Assembly (NCBI GenBank): GCA_043228905.1
Contig: JBHGNT010000001.1
Span: forward strand, 7,440,001-7,504,000
DNA length: 64,000 bases
Reading direction: 5' to 3'
Source: Azolla caroliniana
Taxonomy: Eukaryota > Plantae > Polypodiophyta
Shown: positions 59,001 to 64,000 of the stretch, piece after piece
How the letters are laid out: the number at the start of each line of letters is the position of its first letter
Numbering within the stretch: the stretch's first letter is position 1
Program-made: the position numbers and the translations under genes
The notes under the pieces: model-generated
The model's database searches: none
What the model was told of the DNA's origin: nothing
What the model saw: the letters and a program-made list of their open reading frames with translations, nothing else

Positions 59001-60128
59001 AGAGAGAGAGAGAGATTCTGTTTTACCAGGCAAATTCGAGTTGATTGCAAATTTCTTGAGTCTCAACATATCATGGACTACAGCCTGTTATTAGGAATTC
59101 ATTTCAAGGATCAGCCACCAAAAGGGTCATCTTATAGTCAAGGACTTGATCAGGCGGTTTGCTTGCGGGATGAAATGATAGTACCAACCACCATTTCTAA
59201 AACTGGTATGTTCTTTTAAATCCTTCAATTAAATTTATCAGATGATCAGGCGTTTTCATAGATAGAAGATTTTTATTAGATGAATCTGTACCCTTCTGCA
59301 TTTTTATGAATAGAAGAGTTTTATAATATGAATCTATGTCGGTCTTTCTTCCTCTTTGGTATGGTTCAATCCATTTTTCAATGCATTCAATGCTGTACAC
59401 AGTATTCATAATCTGTACCTGCTTTTCGATAGTAGAGGAAATTCCTTGGTTCTTGCATTTTATATGGTAATCTTATGTTATTAGATAGAAGCGTAATTTT
59501 CATGTCGATGTCCTATGTTTGTGGTGGGTATGGAAGTATGCCCACATTCATTTCAACACACAAATGGCAAGTTGGTGTGCCTTAAATTGAGCATTATATT
59601 ACCTTCTTTTATTAAAGTGTGGAGTTTCATTCCTTATTGTAGATTCATGTTCAGTTCAACAAACCGAGGAATCTACTGCTGTCCAAGGAAGAAAAAGCTC
59701 TGTGGAAGCAGATGCAAAGGAACATAAAGCTGTCGAAAGAACAACGTTAAGGTGATCATTTAATCAGGTTTTTTTATTACCAGTGAGGTAATTATAACAC
59801 GCACTGATTATTCTTCCCCTCAAGAAACAGCAGGAATGACATACAAATTGGCATGAAAATGCATGCAAAATCTTGTCAGAGCAATTGGAAATGTCATCAT
59901 AAGTCATGCACAACAGGCCATGAAGTTGTTCTTTACATGGGTATCATTGATATCTTACAGGAGTATGACTGGAGTAAAAAATTGGAACATGCATACAAAT
60001 CAATACAATCTAATCCCCTTGCCATTTCAGCTGTTGATCCAACTCTTTATTCAATGCGATTTCAACATTTCCTACATCAGATATTTGTATTGAATAATTC
60101 AAGCTTACAAGGTTTTGACGACACCTAG
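56046..60128 (+). CDS. PIP5K: Phosphatidylinositol-4-phosphate 5-kinase, plant subfamily B (MORN repeats), about 827 aa
   Basis: Exons 56046-56117 (tentative), 56243-57447, 57539-57700, 57784-57949, 58119-58229, 58305-58492, 59030-59205, 59643-59751 and 59834-60128 sum to 2484 nt. About 7 MORN repeats (YxGxW..G.GxxxWxxG), [75 protein letters not shown]. The minimum supported start is the ATG at 56321. Confidence 0.92.
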
Positions 60129-60909
60129 TTCCAGTTAGTAGTTGTAAATATCAGAGTTGTATGAATAGTGTGGATATCAGATTGAGCCATAGAGATGTTT
60201 TAAGAATATGGCATATCAAGGGGTATCACATTCTCTTAGGGATGTTCGACAAGATTATATATCAACTTATATCGTGAACATGATCATACAATGCTTCCAG
60301 TAGTACAGTGGCATCAACATACCTATGAGAACAGCGTAGAGTCGGAAGCTTACATGATCAGTTGCATGTATGGTCCATTCTCATTTGATGGGAATGATGT
60401 CTATGCACAATGCTCTTTTGCCTGACAGAAAAAGATTGAAAGAAAGATGTATCAGTTGACAAAAAAGGTTTTTTTATATAACCATTCCACTTGGCACAGG
60501 AAGTTGCAGGTTCCTGGTGATATGATCGATTCTTAGTTAGTATAGTAAAGATGGTTACTGGCAGCTGCAAAAACTTTCAGTGCCATTAATCCTTTGGAGA
60601 TGTTATAATATTCCACTATATATTTACACTAACCACACAGAAACCAGACTCCCAGTGTAAAGATGGCAGCTCCAATTCAGAGATTCTCTTGTAAAGATAT
60701 ATAAAGTTCTGTACTCATTCATACATGACACTGTTGCCCTCCATTGGGAATAAAGAAAAATGCAAAGTATACAAAAAAATTCACATGTTCTTGAATGATT
60801 TCAATTTCATATTTTGTTTCATGAATTGTTGTTGGTGATTTCCACAGTGACTTCCATATTTAATTGGAACTCTGGGATAGATTTAACATCACATTTCATC
60901 TCAATTCTG

Positions 60910-60954
<45 letters not shown>

Positions 60955-61016
60955 AGGTGTAATGCAGGGCACATCATAGAGTCTCTTTAAGTGTCTTTTC
61001 ACATGATGACCCGAAC

Positions 61017-61200
61017 AACCAATGAAAATAGAAGTTTGAATTCATCATTATATTTGCATTTTGTTGGAGGTTTTACAGTGGGCAACAAGAATGGGGAAAA
61101 GTTGCTTTAGTGGTCTTTGGCCCAAAAATGCCTTAGGGGGGTGTGTATAAGACACTTGTGTGTCGATGTCATTCATTTACTGTCTATTTTCATTGGTTCA
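61017..61200. repeat. Short inverted-repeat (MITE-like) element
   Basis: AACCAATGAAAATAGA at 61017 and its reverse complement TCTATTTTCATTGGTT near 61183. Confidence 0.5.
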
Positions 61201-63234
61201 AGTCAACAAGTAGAGATTTATCTGCTAATGTCTAGTAATAACAAGTTACTAACTTTTTAGATGTCTATTGTATTAATTAAATATCTAATAAAATATCAAT
61301 GATTTGATTTAGTATTAACTAACAATTAAATGTCTGTTATTTCATGTCTTAGTAGTTAATCATTACTCTTCAAGTAGTATAAATGATAGTGAAAGGCATT
61401 GAATAGTTGTCTTCTGTCATTGTGTTTAAGTCTCTTCCTTACTTTCTCTCTCTAATGCATTAAGACGAGAGTGAGGATGAGTACCTCGCATTACAAGGTG
61501 AAGGATTACAATCATTTGAAAATGTTTACCACAATTAATCATGCAATCCATCAAGGTCACAAAACTTCTTTGAGCTGGATATATTTACACCCATCTTTTA
61601 GGCATGCATATGCTCTCTACTTGAGGATAGGAGCAACCATAAGAAAAAGGTCACATATGCTTCCACCATATACACGAATAGAAGAAACTCTTTGTAAATT
61701 GTAACTCTCTTCTTGGGTCATGTAATTCTTGTTACCACCCTCACAAGAGTGATAAAACATCATGATTAGGAAAAACTTGGCAAAAATGGTCTCATAGTAA
61801 TGCAATGAGTTTACCCCAATCTTTCTATGATTTGTACCATTAATGGCGTCTCTCTAAATACATACAAGCTATGCTTGATCTATTGTATTGCCATTTTGGC
61901 CTTTGGATCTTTATTTTTTACACAGAAATAGTAATGTATTAATTATGAAATATTGAAGTACAATGAATAGGGATGCAATATCACGATCACCCACCACACA
62001 TACATGTTCTCTCATTTGGTGAGGTGCATCAAAATATTGTTGCAATATAATAGATGCACATAGTTATATACAATCAATGTTGATGTGTACATGTATTAAT
62101 AATTACAGCACTATGACATGGAATTTGTATCATTAAGTATATTATGAACACACTTCGTTTATAATATAGACATGGGCTTAACCTTCTTCAAATTGTTGTT
62201 TAAACCTCCAATTTTGAGTCAAACGATTCTATTATTCTACAATGGTTCAATTAGGTTTGACTCCCACCATATAGACCATAACAACCCTCATTTTTGGATA
62301 TCATGTATACCAACAAATGGGTGTTTTCAATATCTTGTAATGATAGACCTGATGGCCCGAACTCTTATTGTACCAACCTCTTGTAATTTTACAACAAGAA
62401 AGAAAGATTTATTAATGCCTTTTAAGAGGCCATAATGGCCTATAAGATTAAAGAAGGGATCATTCCTTAAAGTGTTGTCTCGTCTCTAAGAACAACAAAC
62501 CAAAGTAAATGTAAATGAATATAAAAGTGGTAAAAAATCGCATGTTGTCAAGTTAAATTATACTTTTTTTCTTTGAAAGATCTCTAACAAGAGTGGATCC
62601 ATAATGGAGAGACCTTTGAAGCAAGGAAGCCCTAGCAATAGTACTATATCTCCCATACAAGCAAAACTTACAATACCATTGTATATGTGCAAACCTCAAG
62701 TAGGTAGGTGGAAGCAACAATTTGCAATATAACTCTCTAAGATATCCTCTTTTGATTCATATCCACATATAACAAGCATTGAAATCCTTATACATAACAT
62801 GTACTCTATTATGGAGCTCTTGCTAATAATGTCATATCCCCATACTAAGAAAACTTACAATATCATCATGTAATGGTAGATATAGTGATTTCTCTAATAG
62901 GTGTAAACCTAGAGTAGGTAGGTGGAAAGTAGCGATTGCAGTTATATGGCTCTCTAAGATACTCCACATCTACATCATTATGCACAACACACACCCTATC
63001 ATGGAGCTCCTCTTTGTATGATACCACCATTCGAGCCTCTAGTGCTTCTTAGTATCCTAGGCAAAGAATGGCATTGAGTCCATCTATATCCTTGTACATC
63101 AGGGAGCTTACTATCGATGCATTGTTAAGCATTTATGTACATAGGAATGCCTATGTTCTTGAAGGCATCTTCAATATAATTAGTGTGTAACATGTATCCT
63201 TGTAGAGCAATTGTGATTCCACAAAGTCATGTGC

Positions 63235-63622
63235 AAGGTCTCATAGTTCATACATGATCATGCAACTCTCTTCTTTGTATAATGACCTTGTCATCCCCAT
63301 TGAAAACCCATGTTCCTTCCTTTCTTGTCTTGAGCACTTCTGGCATATTTTCTTGGTGACATGCCTAAGGTCTCATAGACCATACATGATCATGCAACTC
63401 TCTTCTTTGTAATAATGACCTTGTCATCCCCATTGAAAACCCATGTTCCTTCCTTTTTTTGTATTGAGCACTTGTGACATATTTTCTTGGTGACATGCGT
63501 AAGGTCTCATAGACCATACATGATCATGCAACTCTCTTCTTTGTAATAATGACTTTGTCATCCCAATTAAAAACCCATATTCCTTTCCTGTCTTGAGCAC
63601 TTGTGGCATATTTTCTTGGTGA
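63235..63622. repeat. ~133-bp tandem repeat, 3 copies
   Basis: AAGGTCTCATAG..CATACATGATCATGCAACTCTCTTCTTTGT...ATATTTTCTTGGTGA at 63235, 63367 and 63501. Confidence 0.95.
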
Positions 63623-64000
63623 TGTGATACTTGAGCCATAGTGAGCTTGTTATCTAAATATATTTTTCACCCTCAAGTGCCTTTCCCTTGTATAGGAAAT
63701 ATTTTTTCTCTTCCGTGTCCATTCTATGAATGATCATAGATTTAGGCCTATACTCTCATCTCTTTTCTCATTTGATGCTGAACCAATTGGAATATCTTAT
63801 GTCACGATTTTTGTTTTGATATTCCCGATATCTTCTTGCAAGTTTCCTTTTTTAGCCCAACCAACAACTTGGACATGTAATGCACATGCTTTGCTCTAGC
63901 TTCTTCTTCTAATGTGGCACTAATCCAATCCTCATTATCTATCCTTGTTCCTCTTTTCCTTTTCACTATCTCTATCTAGTGAGCGTGTGCATTAATCTCT

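Overview
AT-rich eukaryotic nuclear DNA from a land plant, most likely a fern or another non-seed plant. The evidence is three intronless PLS-class PPR genes (one ending in a KP-type 'WKKPGKAFIEV' box), spliceosomal introns, (GA)n tracts and degenerate LINE fragments. I assembled eight protein genes by hand from GT/GC-AG junctions: a 5'-truncated BRCT+PHD protein (+), two PLS-E PPR genes (-), a GT47/exostosin glycosyltransferase (+), DNA polymerase kappa (+, 14 exons), an N-myristoylated BRO1-domain protein (-, 11 exons), a 1016-aa PLS PPR with a truncated DYW:KP-like tail (+) and a MORN-repeat PIP5K (+). There are also two tRNA-Ile(AAT) genes and many 40-500 bp local tandem duplications. The most notable observation is a recent ~500-bp tandem duplication inside POLK. 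It copies an exon segment plus an intron in frame, creating a new skippable exon and a second intact ubiquitin-binding zinc finger. All exon models are manual and lack transcript support.
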